DNA of 60,541 nt, filler included, from Hausera hauseri (taxonomy: Eukaryota), in the NCBI GenBank assembly GCA_046269625.1. It is 9 parts of 9 records of this genome, joined end to end, with 100 filler letters (N's around TTAATTAATTAA, not from the genome) between each part and the next. Parts side by side here need not be neighbours in the genome. Positions count along the whole stretch, not along the records: positions 39,874 to 56,203 come from JBJURY010322160.1; positions 56,304 to 60,541 come from JBJURY010682662.1; 7 more parts are not named here. The stretch is one strand, 5' to 3'. The position numbers and the translations under genes were made by a program. This document shows positions 49,401 to 60,541 of the stretch, piece after piece; the stretch's first letter is position 1; every line of letters starts with the position of its first letter. The notes under the pieces are model-generated. The model saw nothing but the letters and a program-made list of their open reading frames with translations, ran no database searches and was not told where the DNA came from.

Positions 49401-52329
49401 CGAAGACCCCCTCACGACAGACACCAAAGACAATTAAGTAGCTTCTACTGTAGGAGTGCAGTTGCAGCACTAAAATTGAAGAGTGCTCAACTTGCTTGAC
49501 GTGCGTTTAACGCATCGACTGATCACATCTCTTTGTGTCACCTGGTAGTCCCTAATAAGGACGAGAACGTTTGTACTCTGAAGGTTAAACAGGCTGGTTG
49601 TAAGGACTACAAACAGCCATGGTAAAGGCAGCCTGTGGTCTGAAAGCTTGCACCTGACAAGTACCTGAGGTCAAGGGAGATGATCTTGTTGGGGAATAAA
49701 ACTGCTGTCAGTGCTCAGTTTGATACATGTTAGAATGAGTACTCATCTTTAGTACAGTATGTTCTGTGATAGCTTACTTTCAGGGTTCTTGAGAGTCCAT
49801 TTTGAGAATTTATTATCAATCCAGGGTCACAATTCTGGATGAAACCAGAGACCTATTTCAGAGCAGGTCTGACTAGAATGGTTCCAGAGTTGTGGTTCAG
49901 ACACGTCACTAAATCTTATTTGCACTGAGAAAGGAAGGAGGAGGGAGGTGGAGTGGTTTTACTCCAACCACGAACAACAGCTGCTGATGGGAGCTGTAGA
50001 GTCCTGGCTGAATAAGAAGCTGCACTACTTCAGCTCTTCAGTGTTTTAGGTGAAGCCTGTCAGAAAGGATCTTGAAACTTTCTTACTTAAACATAGGAAG
50101 AAAAAAGGAGGAATTTGTTCTGGTGTTAGTTATTATCAGGGTATTTTCTTTCACGTAAAGAGCTGTTGATATTATGGACTCACTGGTAGTAGCTGAGGTC
50201 TCTGTTTGTTCAAGGGACGTCCTTATCAATGATCCGTATGGCTTCTCGCAGCTCCTCCTGGTCAAACACGACGCGCTCAAACAGAATCTTTCAACAGGAA
50301 AGAAAAGGTCCAGACAAAAACAGTTTTAGCGTGGTTTTATTATCTGACAGACATCTTCAATGTGCTTTGTGCTGATTCTAGCGGAGCAATGTAACTTGTA
50401 GCATTAGCAACACATACAAAACCATCAATGTACAGAACCTAAACTTGTGCAGTCTTAATGAAGGCGCTTTGATTAATCATATAAGCAACTTAACAAATGA
50501 TTATCAGTAACTCTTCCTGCTAATTAACAACACAATTCCCTTTCCGAGCAGGTGATCCCTAATGGCAGTAATGTGAGGTTACTTTCTTCCTTGCAATTTG
50601 TAAACTTCCAATAATTATTTATTAAGATTCTCAGCTTTTGTGGAGCTTTAGTTTGTATCATTATTAAATCGATACTTCCAATGAAAAGCATAAGAAGTAA
50701 TGCTCTTTGACTGACCTGACAACTGTTGGTTAAAACACTCCTAACACGCTGAACTGCAGAAAAAGTCTGATTCCAGAGTAAATAAATTAGTTTAACCAAA
50801 TTCAGTCCCGTTTGGTCATTTTCGCACTCCTGCAAAGTTAAACTGAAGTGATAAAAGATTATCAACAAAGCAGGATTTTAAAAATGTCTGCTCTGGAGTT
50901 GAGCTAAAAGGCAGCAGCTTGAGCAGGGAGGCACAGACATCTCCTCCAGCTCTATGGAGAGGATTCCAAGGTGTTCTCAGGTCAGATAGGAGAAATGCCC
51001 TCGCTGACAAATGTTCTGACCAATTTGGTCCAATCAGAAGCCATGTGGAGGCAGAGAGGACGGGACTCAAACACCCCACTTCTGTAGTACCTCTGTACGT
51101 CAGAGTGAGGTAAAATTTCACAAAGCATGACAGCAATAAAGTTACTTTTTAAAGTCTGTATTTCTCACCCCTAATTTACACTAAATGTGTGTCTGATCCA
51201 ATGCGCTCCGACTTCCGCAGCAAATACTCACCCATTCTAATCAATGAAAGGATTATACTGGCTCCGCACGGTGACGCAGGGCAGCAGTGAGCGGACGACG
51301 ATCCGCCAACAGGAAAAGGAACGAGCACAACATACGTATTTTTCAAAATAAGACACCATAAGGCTGAATAATTTTGTCGAAATCCCAGCTATATTAATCA
51401 ATATATGGATACATTTCTACACAAATACTGTCAGAATGTATTGTTCTGTTTGGGAAGCAGATACCAACAGGTAGCATGGTGCATATGTGCACACACACGA
51501 TACACGTGGATTTCATTTTAAAATCAGAAGTTTAAAAAACAAACAAACAGCGATACAGTTTCAACCATAGGTATCAAAACCCTTTATATCTATGTTTTCA
51601 GCTGTGTTTGGAGTTCATCTTTCACAGATTTTTTTTGCTCTGACTTTCACATTTATAACTGGATTTATCGTGTGATCTCCTTCCTGTACACACTTCCTTT
51701 TCTGTGCGTCGCACCGGAGCGGAGCTGAGCGAAGCGGATGCTGTATGAATTGCGACGCAGAGCATGCAGTGTAAATCCGGGGTCACGCAGGTGGTGGGGG
51801 TTGGGTGGCTGCTGTCAGCCCCAGACAACAGCGCAGGCTGCAACACAAAGCAGGAGGGGTGGTGAACTTATTTCTAGCTGAAAAACAGGTCAATATTTGG
51901 GTTTTTTTTTCATTTTATTTATTGTTTTTTTAAGAGCCATAAGCTCTGAGAAAAAAAATTGAAGATTTTTTTTATGCAAAATGAGAGGAAATCTCATGCA
52001 TGGGGCAAAAAAAAGTCCAATTTGGGTTGCATCTGCCGGCAGTGTGAACGTAGTCATGATAAGAGGTGATATTAATTCTGCGACTCCTATTGTTCTCAAC
52101 AGACTAAGTGACAGAAACAGTCACAGAAGCTAAGTATTTCCCCACACCTCTTTTGATTCCACACGGATTAATATCCTCTGAAAGCGTTTTTGAGCGCAGT
52201 GAGGAAACATCTCTATCAGCGATGTCTGAACTGTCAGAGGGAGCATCTGCATGGAATGGGCTGTTTGACCACGTAGCCTTGTGATCTGAAAGAGCCCCTT
52301 GTCTCTCCAGCCTGTCCTGGGTATTTTCC

Positions 52330-52500
52330 AGGATTGGACAGAGGTGTCCAGAGGACATCCTTACCAGATGACTGAACCACCTCAACTGGCTCCTCATGAT
52401 GTGGAGGAGCAACAGATCTCTATCAAGTCTCTCCTGTATAACTGGACTTCTCACTCTACCTCTAAAGGCCCCTGCATACTCCATCCGAACTGGCGAAATG
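52330..52500 (-). mobile_element. RTE (Rex3/Expander-like) LINE fragment in an intron
   Basis: RVRSPVIQERL..LLLHIMRSQLRWFSHLVRM. Confidence 0.7.
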
Positions 52501-52719
52501 GGTTCGGATTGTCGCAGTTTCATGACAAAAATTTCGTCATTCTGTTCGCATTGCCAACCGGTCCTCCCCCTCTCAGCACAAGGCCCTGGCCGAACTGTTT
52601 CACACTGTACTCTGTGCGAAGAGTTTTGTGACTGGTTTAAAGTTTGTGGACGTGTTTGTTTATACAGAAATGCAGTCAGCTGTCCTCTGGTCCCACAAGC
52701 TGTTTATTGTTCCTGATAG

Positions 52720-52850
52720 TGAGATGGAGAAATTTGATGAGCATTTAGCTGAGGAGGTGAGGAAATCCGTGCATTTGTACGATAGCTCCAGAAAAAGTTA
52801 TAAAGATAGTCAAATGCCGAGAAACTCCTGGGCAGAGTGTATTTGCCGAA
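52720..52850 (+). mobile_element. MADF/Myb-like fragment, probably PIF/Harbinger-derived
   Basis: LAEEVRKSVHLYDSSRKSYKDSQMPRNSWAE matches the MADF pattern LIxEVxxxxxLYDxxxxxYKDxxxxxxAW. Confidence 0.55.
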
Positions 52851-55640
52851 AGCCATGGCGCTCAGACGCTGAATTTTGTTTTAACTGCTCACTTAAAAAA
52901 AAAAAAAGCGACTCGCTCCATGAACCTGACTTTTGTAGCGGGAAGCAGCGATTTATAAAGACAGTCAAACGGCCAAAAACACGTGGATGGAGATAAAATA
53001 AACATTTTGCACATTGGAATCTAACTAATAATAACTTTGTAGCTTTAACCACGACAGATTTGTGGATAAATAACATCGCGTGATGAGTCGCTACCTTCCC
53101 CCCCCCACACTGGACTTCAGCGGAGTAAACCCCCTGTAATGACGTATGCTGCAGCGGGACGGGTTTCCCCAGGAGCTCGGCGCGGGGCGTCTCAGGGACT
53201 ATGAAGGTGTGTGCCGAAAACGAACGCCGAAAAACCATCGACTGTTTGGCTTCAGATGGAGTATGCAGAGGCCTTTAGGGAGAGTCCCGCTGCCCTGTGG
53301 AAAATCCCTTTTCGACCACCTGTACCTCCGACTTTGTTCTTTTGGTTACTACCTAACCCTCCGGTGAGAGCAGGATTGTAGACTGACAGGTAAACAGAAA
53401 TAAAATGAAAAATTCACATGTATAAATCAGACACGTGTTGTTTGGTCTAACCTGAGCTTGTAGCTCCAAGAAAGCCAGTCTGTCCCGAAACTCTTCAGAC
53501 TGGTCCTGGGTCTGCTGCTGAGCCTGAGCCTCCCTCTGGTCAAAGTACCTGACAGCTGAGACCAACTCAGCTGGATCAGGTCAGCAAACACGTTTTTATT
53601 AGTTTTCCTTTTTAAAGATATACCATAGATCAATGTGGGCTGAGTTGGACAGATGAAAACAGCCCAGTGTGCATGTTTGCGAAAGGTTACCGTCTGTGCC
53701 GTTCAGCTGGATCCTCACCGCCGAGGGCAGAAACTGCTGCCACTTTCTCTTCATGACGAGGTAACGCACCAGCAGCTGCTCGCACAGCAGGGAGCGCTCC
53801 AACGCCGTGGAGCTGCACGGGTACATCCCAAACAGGAAGCGCCACGCCAGGCCTCGCTCAGAGGGACAAACGCCACCTGAACAGGGATGAAGACATTTTA
53901 ATTATTCCTTCGAATCACTCTTAAGCTGCGGGTTTACAAGAGTTCTAATCCTGCAGTGGAACTAGACCAGGACTAATCCTGAATGGGGGAAACAAGAGAA
54001 GAGCTGTGAAACTGTGCAAAAATTCAATCAACATCTTAGTTTGAGATACATACATACTGTAAATGGAAATATTTTTGCACAGTGTTCTTAAAGCTTTCGT
54101 TTACCTCAGTGTGGAGCTTAAGGTCAGTGAAGCCATAAAAATCTGGGGGAAAGGAGGAGTTAGTTTCCACATTCCTGCTCACAGACATGTGATGTTGCTC
54201 CCCACAAAGAACTTTTCATGTTTAAAACTTTTCAAACCACATCAAAAATCCCCCTCAATTTTCTAAAAGGTCTTTGTTGTTTTATGTAGAAGTCATGCAT
54301 GGTGTTAATTACCCCAGGAGATTTGACAACAAAATGTTTTATTTTATGAGAGAATAGACGAATTGTGGCTCTGCTCCAGTCCTGAAGCAAAGTATCACTT
54401 GACTCGGTCTTGATGGGGCAGAGATTACACACTCGCAGTGCACTGATGCATTCGAATGCATTGAAAAAATAAAACACATTATTGCCACAAAGTCCCTAAA
54501 GATGATTTTTTTTAAAAAATCAGTCTTCAGAAACAAAACTGTGCCTAAAATGATTCAAAGCTGAGGTCCACAGTTACTGAAATTCAGGCATCAGTGGGGT
54601 TGCCCGATAATAGAGGAAACACTGCATTTTGTAAAAGAACAAGTATTATCATTTACTTATTTAAACTTGTTTATTTTGATCCACTGAATCATTAAAGTAA
54701 ACATTTCCATTGATTTTAGACCTTGTTTTAATCAAAGAAAGTTTAAAAAGATGTATTAATTTATCTTTATTATTATCAATTTTAAAGAGGTTATGGTGGT
54801 CCAGACTGAAGTCCCTCACAGGCTGGATGTGGCCCACAGGCTACCTGTTGAATAACCCTGCTCCAAGCTGTTTTTCCATTCATAAAGTTAAAGATTCGTT
54901 TAAAAAAACACGTAAATATACACAATCTGTACACAAGTTCAGCACCAGAACACAAAAAGCCACATCACCACTGATGAGAATAAAAAAATTTAAATTGTTA
55001 ATTTTAATAAATACATAGTGAGTAAATTGTGGTTAATTCAGTGAAAGATAATTTCAATAAAAGGCCACTTTCTATAAACTGTCACACACTGTTTTAATAA
55101 AAAAAAAATCTAAATCGAGTCGCTAACATTTGTTTTCAAATAAGTCATGACGATAACAGACCGTTTTTAAAGATGTGCATTCTGAGTCTGGACTCGTCCA
55201 CCCTGCCCTCGGAGTCCATGACCCCGGGTAAGGTGAGCCGTGAGGCGGACAAGGCAGGAGAGCTGACCGAGGCCACCCTCCTCCTCCTTCGGCAGCGGAC
55301 TTCCGGCTCCAGGCTGCCGGGACTCCGCTCCTCTGCTGCCGGCTGAAAAAGCGGCTCCCCGCCGTGGCCGTCCCGTCCTTCCATGCGTGACGAAAACCTC
55401 ACTTACTCAAGTTTGACGGCATTTTTATCCCTAAACAACACTTATTTTCCTTGCATTATTTTGAGTTGAGTCAGGAAAAACGAACCACAAAACAACCAAT
55501 GGGGGAAAAAAAGGTCTCCAGAACAACTTTCAGCTCATTATTTGCCTGCCTCAGAATTAGGACGAGTACGGCCCACATTCCAGGTGGAGTTCCCAAGCCG
55601 GGAATCAAAGTCCACCGTGAATCACCTTGAACATACTCTG

Positions 55641-55654
55641 CTGCCATCTAGTGG
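55641..55654 (-). promoter_or_regulatory. CTCF-like motif upstream of the TBC gene
   Basis: CCACTAGATGGCAG matches the CTCF core consensus; this is a sequence match only. Confidence 0.4.
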
Positions 55655-55849
55655 TGATTTTAAGGAGCATCAATGGACTTGTTTTAATTCAGAACATAAA
55701 CAAGAAAATATCCAGAATTCCCAACTCCTGACAGCTTATGAAATGTAACAAACCCATAAAGCACATTCATGAAAAATAAATTATTATTTTAGAAGAATCC
55801 ATGTGTCACATAGCTTTCTGCTCCAGGTGATCCTCAAATCGAATGTGCC

Positions 55850-56100
55850 CCCTTTCTGATTTGTCTGATTACTCTTTGCCTGATTCCTGCCCAGTGCCGT
55901 TATCTGTTTCCATGATCCCTTTCCACTTCTGTTACACGTTTGCCTGATCCTGTCCAGTTCTGTTACCCGTTTGCCTGATCCCTGCCAAGTTCTGATATGT
56001 ATTTGCCTGATCCCTGCCCAGTTCTGTTTCCTGTTTTCCTGATCGCTGTCCTTTTGCTGGATTCCTGTCTGGTTCTGATACCTCTTATTTTGCCTGTACG
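55850..56100 (+). repeat. Imperfect tandem repeat, unit about 31 bp (TTTGCCTGATCCCTGCCCAGTTCTGTTACCCG-like)
   Basis: GCCTGATC/CAGTTCTG recur roughly six times. Confidence 0.75.
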
Positions 56101-56559
56101 TCTGTCCATCTTCTAGTCAGGTAAGTTTTGTTTGAATTTGTCTCATGAGACAACTAATGGCGGTCACTAAAGCAAGCTCTAATAGCACTGCAAAGTTTTA
56201 TGANNNNNNNNNNNNNNNNNNNNNNNNNNNNNNNNNNNNNNNNNNNNTTAATTAATTAANNNNNNNNNNNNNNNNNNNNNNNNNNNNNNNNNNNNNNNNN
56301 NNNTAAAAAACAAACAAACAAAATGAAGAATTTCCGAAAAACAATTGTTAAACGTAAACAATCTACTACCAAGCGGGTGTTCGGTGGCAAGAAACGTGTA
56401 TCAAAACGAACCGCTACAGTGAAGTGATTAATCATTTTTGTGCTTTGTCGAACAACAAAAACTAGACGCAAATTACCGTCTCAGTGGCAACGGTTATAAA
56501 CAACTACGTCTCATCAGCATTAATGCGTCCTCAAAATGAAGCATGCGATTCAAACATAG

Positions 56560-56862
56560 CCGTACTTTATTACTTTGCTCAAGGCACCTACGAGACATAA
56601 GCGAAACATGCTGCGATCATTCTCATAGTTTGTAGTAGACGATTTGATGGTAATTTTATACATTATCGTTGTGGGTCACGTTGACATTGGTAGTGGAAAT
56701 CGCAATATACTAAAGTATCGAAAACGGCACATTGGCCTTGCCAACGCCCGTAGTAAACGACTGAAACGGGGGGTCATGTACCAGCAAGACGGTGGATTCC
56801 TTGGTGCAATTCTACTGATTGTCACGTCATTACTGGGTGGACTCATTGGTTTTACAGCATAG
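56560..56862 (+). pseudogene. Small Polinton virion protein with QxGG-FLGAIL amphipathic C-terminus
   Basis: KR..MYQQDGGFLGAILLIVTSLLGGL. Confidence 0.55.
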
Positions 56863-57009
56863 TATAAACAATGACGGTAAGTATATTATTATTCGGAGAT
56901 ATGGGTGCATGGTTTTCATCATTTTGCCCAGTTTACCGAATCTTTCATTTACGTTTCATTCTAATTGTTGCAATGCAAGCAAAACCGGCACCATCGACGA
57001 CGACAACAC

Positions 57010-58030
57010 CGATGGGCGACGTGTGGTTCGACCCGCGTCATCCCGTCGGGTATAGTGGCATCAACAAACTGGCAAAGATTGTCAAACAGACTCGGTAACA
57101 AACCCAATATTGGCTCGAGCAACAGTTAGCATACAGCCTACACAAACCGATAAGGAAGCAGTTTCCAACTCGTGCATATTGTGCTGCCGGTGTAAATAAC
57201 ATATGGCAAATGGATCTGATGGAAATGATTCTGTACTCTAGTATCAACGATGGGCAGCGGTACGTGCTGACATGTGTTGATGTGTTTAATCGTTTTGCAC
57301 GTGCAATTGACGTGAAATTTAAATTCGGTAAAGCGATTGCCGACGCTGTTCAGACACTGATGCAACAACAACAACAACAGCTCCCGAAGCATTTACAAAC
57401 GGATCGGGTAATGAATTCTACAACACCGATATTGCAGCGGTCTTGAAACGTTTCGGCGTAAACTACTACTCGGTGTTTTCCCAATACAAAGCTGCACTCG
57501 TTGAACGATTTAATCGAACATTGCGCGGTCGCCTAAACTAATTCTTTACGAAACAAGGCAACAAACGCTGGGTAGATGTACTACCGGATATTATTTATGC
57601 ATACAATCATTCGACACATTGTTGCATCAATGGATTACGGCCAGCTGACGTAATCGTTGATTTGGACATGTGGCTTTATCAAAACCGATGATGACGACAG
57701 GCAGTTAAACGCCCAAATTATAAAATCGGTGATTATGTACGTATTTCAAAAATAATTACGACGCCATTCATTAAAAATTTCAATCAAAACTGGAGCGACA
57801 AGGTTTTCCGCATTTCGGCAATCAACACAAAACAAACACCTGTCATGTACGTTTTAGAGGATGAAAACGGTGAGGAAATATGCGGTAAATTCTACGAACA
57901 GGAACTACAGGTGCTGTCCAAGAAACCCGATGTATATCGTATTCAGGAAATTCTACGTTCACATTGCAAAGGTTCGAATAAACAATATCTCGTCAAGTGG
58001 CACGGATACACTGCACCGAGTTGAATTTTT
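57010..58030 (+). pseudogene. Polinton retroviral-like integrase with C-terminal chromodomain
   Basis: FDPRHPVGYSGINKL, AYSLHKPIRKQF, WQMDL, YVLTCVDVF, LQTDRG-EF, ALVERFNRTL, GDYVRIS, NWS, FYEQEL and YLVKWHGY; frameshifts and stops present. Confidence 0.88.
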
Positions 58031-58042
58031 GCATCACAGATT

Positions 58043-58960
58043 CAATGAACAGCAGCAGCATTTACTTGGTACTTGATAGTAACAGATCATTATCACAAAA
58101 CGAAGACGATGACAAGACCGCTAATAGTTTACTATGCACTTGGACCAACTGGTCGATTTACGCCACGGAGCCTAGGAAGCGGCTTTGACGGAATTCACAT
58201 TTACATTTTCACCAATGACAATACGTCAGAACAGTGCTAATTACTTTACCCGACAAGAAACGTACTCTATTTCAGGTAGTTTGCGGACAATCCGACACAA
58301 TAACCGATATATTCATCGTAATTATTCGCGAAAAAATTTCTCGGTTTATGCTTATTTTTCAAACTACCGTATGAAATTAGTGCATTGAAATCCCATGGAA
58401 ATGCAGTTTAATTCTGTAGCTGATGCTCAGGCATGGAGTTTTCAATCAGTCAATGTACACTCAAAAACGTCTACGGCTAGGTAGACATGTTATAATTTGT
58501 GAAAAATTTGACCTTTCATTCAATGAGGAATCTGATATTATAGTAAATTGGACTAAATCAGAATCCGTCTTTCGCTCATATATTATACCACACTATTTAC
58601 TAATGGAAACGGAACTGGCATTGTGTGAATACGTCAATAAAACGGCTACATTAGCCGTAAAGACATGTGAAATAAACGCAGGTGGCCATATTTCGCTTAC
58701 ACTACATGACAATGTAATATATTTTGCCTTTGATGAATTATTGGCTCGGAATCTGGGTTTTCCAAAAAGTGAATTCTGACAAGTACAAAACATCGGGTGA
58801 AACTGTTTGCATTAATATGCTTAGACCCATGTACTTATCATTTTATCACAATATTGTGCACAGTATTTTTGTGTATATGCTTGATGAATTTTGGGAACCC
58901 ATTAAATTTCTGTTCAGGTCAACGACACATGTGACGTTACATTTTCGACGTCGTCAATAA
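58043..58960 (+). pseudogene. Polinton minor capsid (penton)-like gene, copy A
   Basis: IYLVLDSN..xEAALTEFTF at the N-terminus and IFVYMLDEFWEPIKF..THVTLHFRRR at the C-terminus. Confidence 0.6.
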
Positions 58961-59005
58961 TAAACAAACTACGTCATCACTATCATCGTCATCATCATCG
59001 AGATC

Positions 59006-60087
59006 ATGAGTATTTACATAGTGTTGCCGAACAACAGTTGTCCGACGACTCCTCCGAACAATTCCGTCAGTAAATACGTTGTAGATTGGAACAATTCTTT
59101 GGATTTATCTGGAAAATGGGAGGTTGCACTGATGGAATTTAACTTTTTCTATGCACCTGTGACATTGAAAGGTAGTATGAATATAACGTACAACAAGACT
59201 GTTACTGAAACCAATACACATTCTTGTCCTCTGACACTTACTAACAATAAAATAACAGTTGGAGAAACGGCCATTTGCATGACTGAAGCAAACTACGGTT
59301 CACACGGCAAAATCGCTGTTTTTATTTTAGATAAAAACTTACATTTTATGGCAGATTTTAAATTTACTGTTACCTTTGAATCCTCTGAGATGACGCAGAA
59401 ATTTGGATTCAAAAATAATGAGTACAAAGGTAAACATATTAAAAGTGAATATGTAGCTGGTTCAAGATGAAGTCCCGTATATTACCAGACAAGGCTGAAA
59501 TTTACTTATACAGCAGAAAGGGTGTCAACGTCATACGCATCGATTGGAGACATTGTCTATGGCGAATCTGTAGCACATTTCTGTCAACACTTTTGTAATC
59601 AAAAGTACAAGGAGATATTCAAAGTTTTGAGTCAAATGCAAATGGGTACATTAAATTTGAACTGGCTAAGGATATTGTCGATATTTCATTGAATAAAGCT
59701 TTGACCATGGTACTGGAATTTGGAAAACAGCGGTTTGATGCATCGACGGTGGCGGCGGCGGTACATGTTGCAACACTCAAACCCAAACTTAAAACTTGAC
59801 TAAGTCAAATGTACATTTACGTGAACTTCACCGAATCGATTTTCGTCGGTGGAATACGTGTACCGCTACTCCGTGCAATTTATTCGGAAAGCAGCAAATA
59901 TACTGCTGGCAACAATGTCACTGTCAAGCTCGATAATCCAATGTACCTAACTGTGGAAATTACATCTATAAACTATGTTGATGTGAATATCCGTTATCAT
60001 GCGGTTTACCTTATTGAATTTCCGTATGGTACCACAACCAGTCTAACTCTTCATTTCCGTCGAATCCAACAACAACAATATGATTGA
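59006..60087 (+). pseudogene. Polinton minor capsid (penton)-like gene, copy B
   Basis: IYIVLPNNS..NNSVSKY..LDLSGKWEVALMEF; MYIYVNF..IFVGG..VPLLRAI..TSLTLHFRR. Confidence 0.75.
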
Positions 60088-60438
60088 ATCCGAAATCGTT
60101 TCCATTAACATTAAACCCAAGCAGGGCGGTGAACTGCCGTATTTCGTTGGTAAACAGTATGGCTCTGGATGGTTGCGTGCATTGGCACGTTTAACATTTG
60201 CGGTGTTAAAGCGTATTGGAGCCGTGACAGAAAAACAGCACAGGGCGTACAAAATAAAAACAAATCGATTTTACCATCATTGGAGGAACACGCCTTGTCG
60301 GAAATAAAAAGCACTGCACCGGGAGTCGTTGAATCAGTCAAAAAACAATTCGCCGGCAGTGACTTGAGAAAACGCCGTAGAGCATCATCGAGCTCATCAG
60401 CTATAAACAAACATTGTTGTCGTACGATTTTCGACTGA
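60080..60438 (+). pseudogene. Small Polinton core-like protein (QYGSGW motif), frameshifted
   Basis: KQGGELPYFVGKQYGSGWLRALAR followed by a basic tail. Confidence 0.55.
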
Positions 60439-60445
60439 CCGACAA

Positions 60446-60541
60446 ATGGCACCTGCAAAATCTGAATTGTGTATATTTGACAAAGGCGCGCCACAAGTTG
60501 TTATTGACAATGCGGCATTTGAAGAAATCTACCCCGTTGAT
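60446..60541 (+). CDS. Polinton major capsid protein, N-terminus (truncated by the window end)
   Basis: MAPAKSELCIFDKGAPQVVIDNAAFEEIYPV matches the KSELxLF..Q..I....ExxP start of Polinton MCPs. Confidence 0.7.
   Translation, partial: MAPAKSELCIFDKGAPQVVIDNAAFEEIYPVD

Larger units (their letters stand above)
46639..55384 (-). pseudogene. TBC-domain RabGAP gene (TBC1D15/16/17/25-like), at least 9 exons, with an in-frame stop
   Basis: Phase-consistent GT-AG exons: 55162-55384, 53691-53876, 53452-53570, 50184-50287, 49093-49160, 48863-49009, 47512-47602, 46916-47064 and 46676-46817. Motifs RGLAWRFLFG, IIDKDVP*T, SYAQGMNDL and FCHRWLLL-FQREF. TGA at 50210-50212. Confidence 0.82.
56304..60541 (+). 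mobile_element. Degenerate Polinton/Maverick (adintovirus-like) segment
   Basis: Gene order: small GG-motif ORFs, integrase with chromodomain, two minor-capsid-like genes, a small QxGxG protein, and the start of the major capsid gene. Confidence 0.85.

Noticed and set aside
55804-56152. Solo LTR around the tandem repeat
   Set aside because: TG..CA ends are present but there is no target-site duplication, and the right end is itself a short palindrome.

Overview
This is not a contiguous locus. It is nine unrelated eukaryotic contigs joined by 100-bp N spacers that each carry TTAATTAATTAA (stops in all six frames): 1-4191, 4292-9498, 9599-18573, 18674-24949, 25050-30406, 30507-35352, 35453-39773, 39874-56203 and 56304-60541. 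Most contigs are AT-rich, invertebrate-like and full of decayed transposable elements: two Ty3/Gypsy families, Tc1, mariner, hATm-like, RTE and RNase H-bearing LINEs, a SINE, a Penelope-type minimal hammerhead ribozyme and a Polinton/Maverick. They also hold broken host-gene fragments (condensin CAP-H, eIF3d, adducin, USP7). Contig 39874-56203 looks like teleost fish DNA, with collagen XIV-like exons and a multi-exon TBC RabGAP gene. The most notable system is an LTR retrotransposon family seen as two diverged copies (contigs 1 and 4). In the env position it carries a long accessory ORF that fuses an apparently catalytically dead REX4/ISG20-like DEDDh exonuclease fold to a C3HC4 RING finger. 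This ORF is followed by a conserved pre-PPT motif and an LTR whose R/U5 region contains hairpins with compensatory base changes. All family assignments are from motif recognition by eye; no database searches were run.
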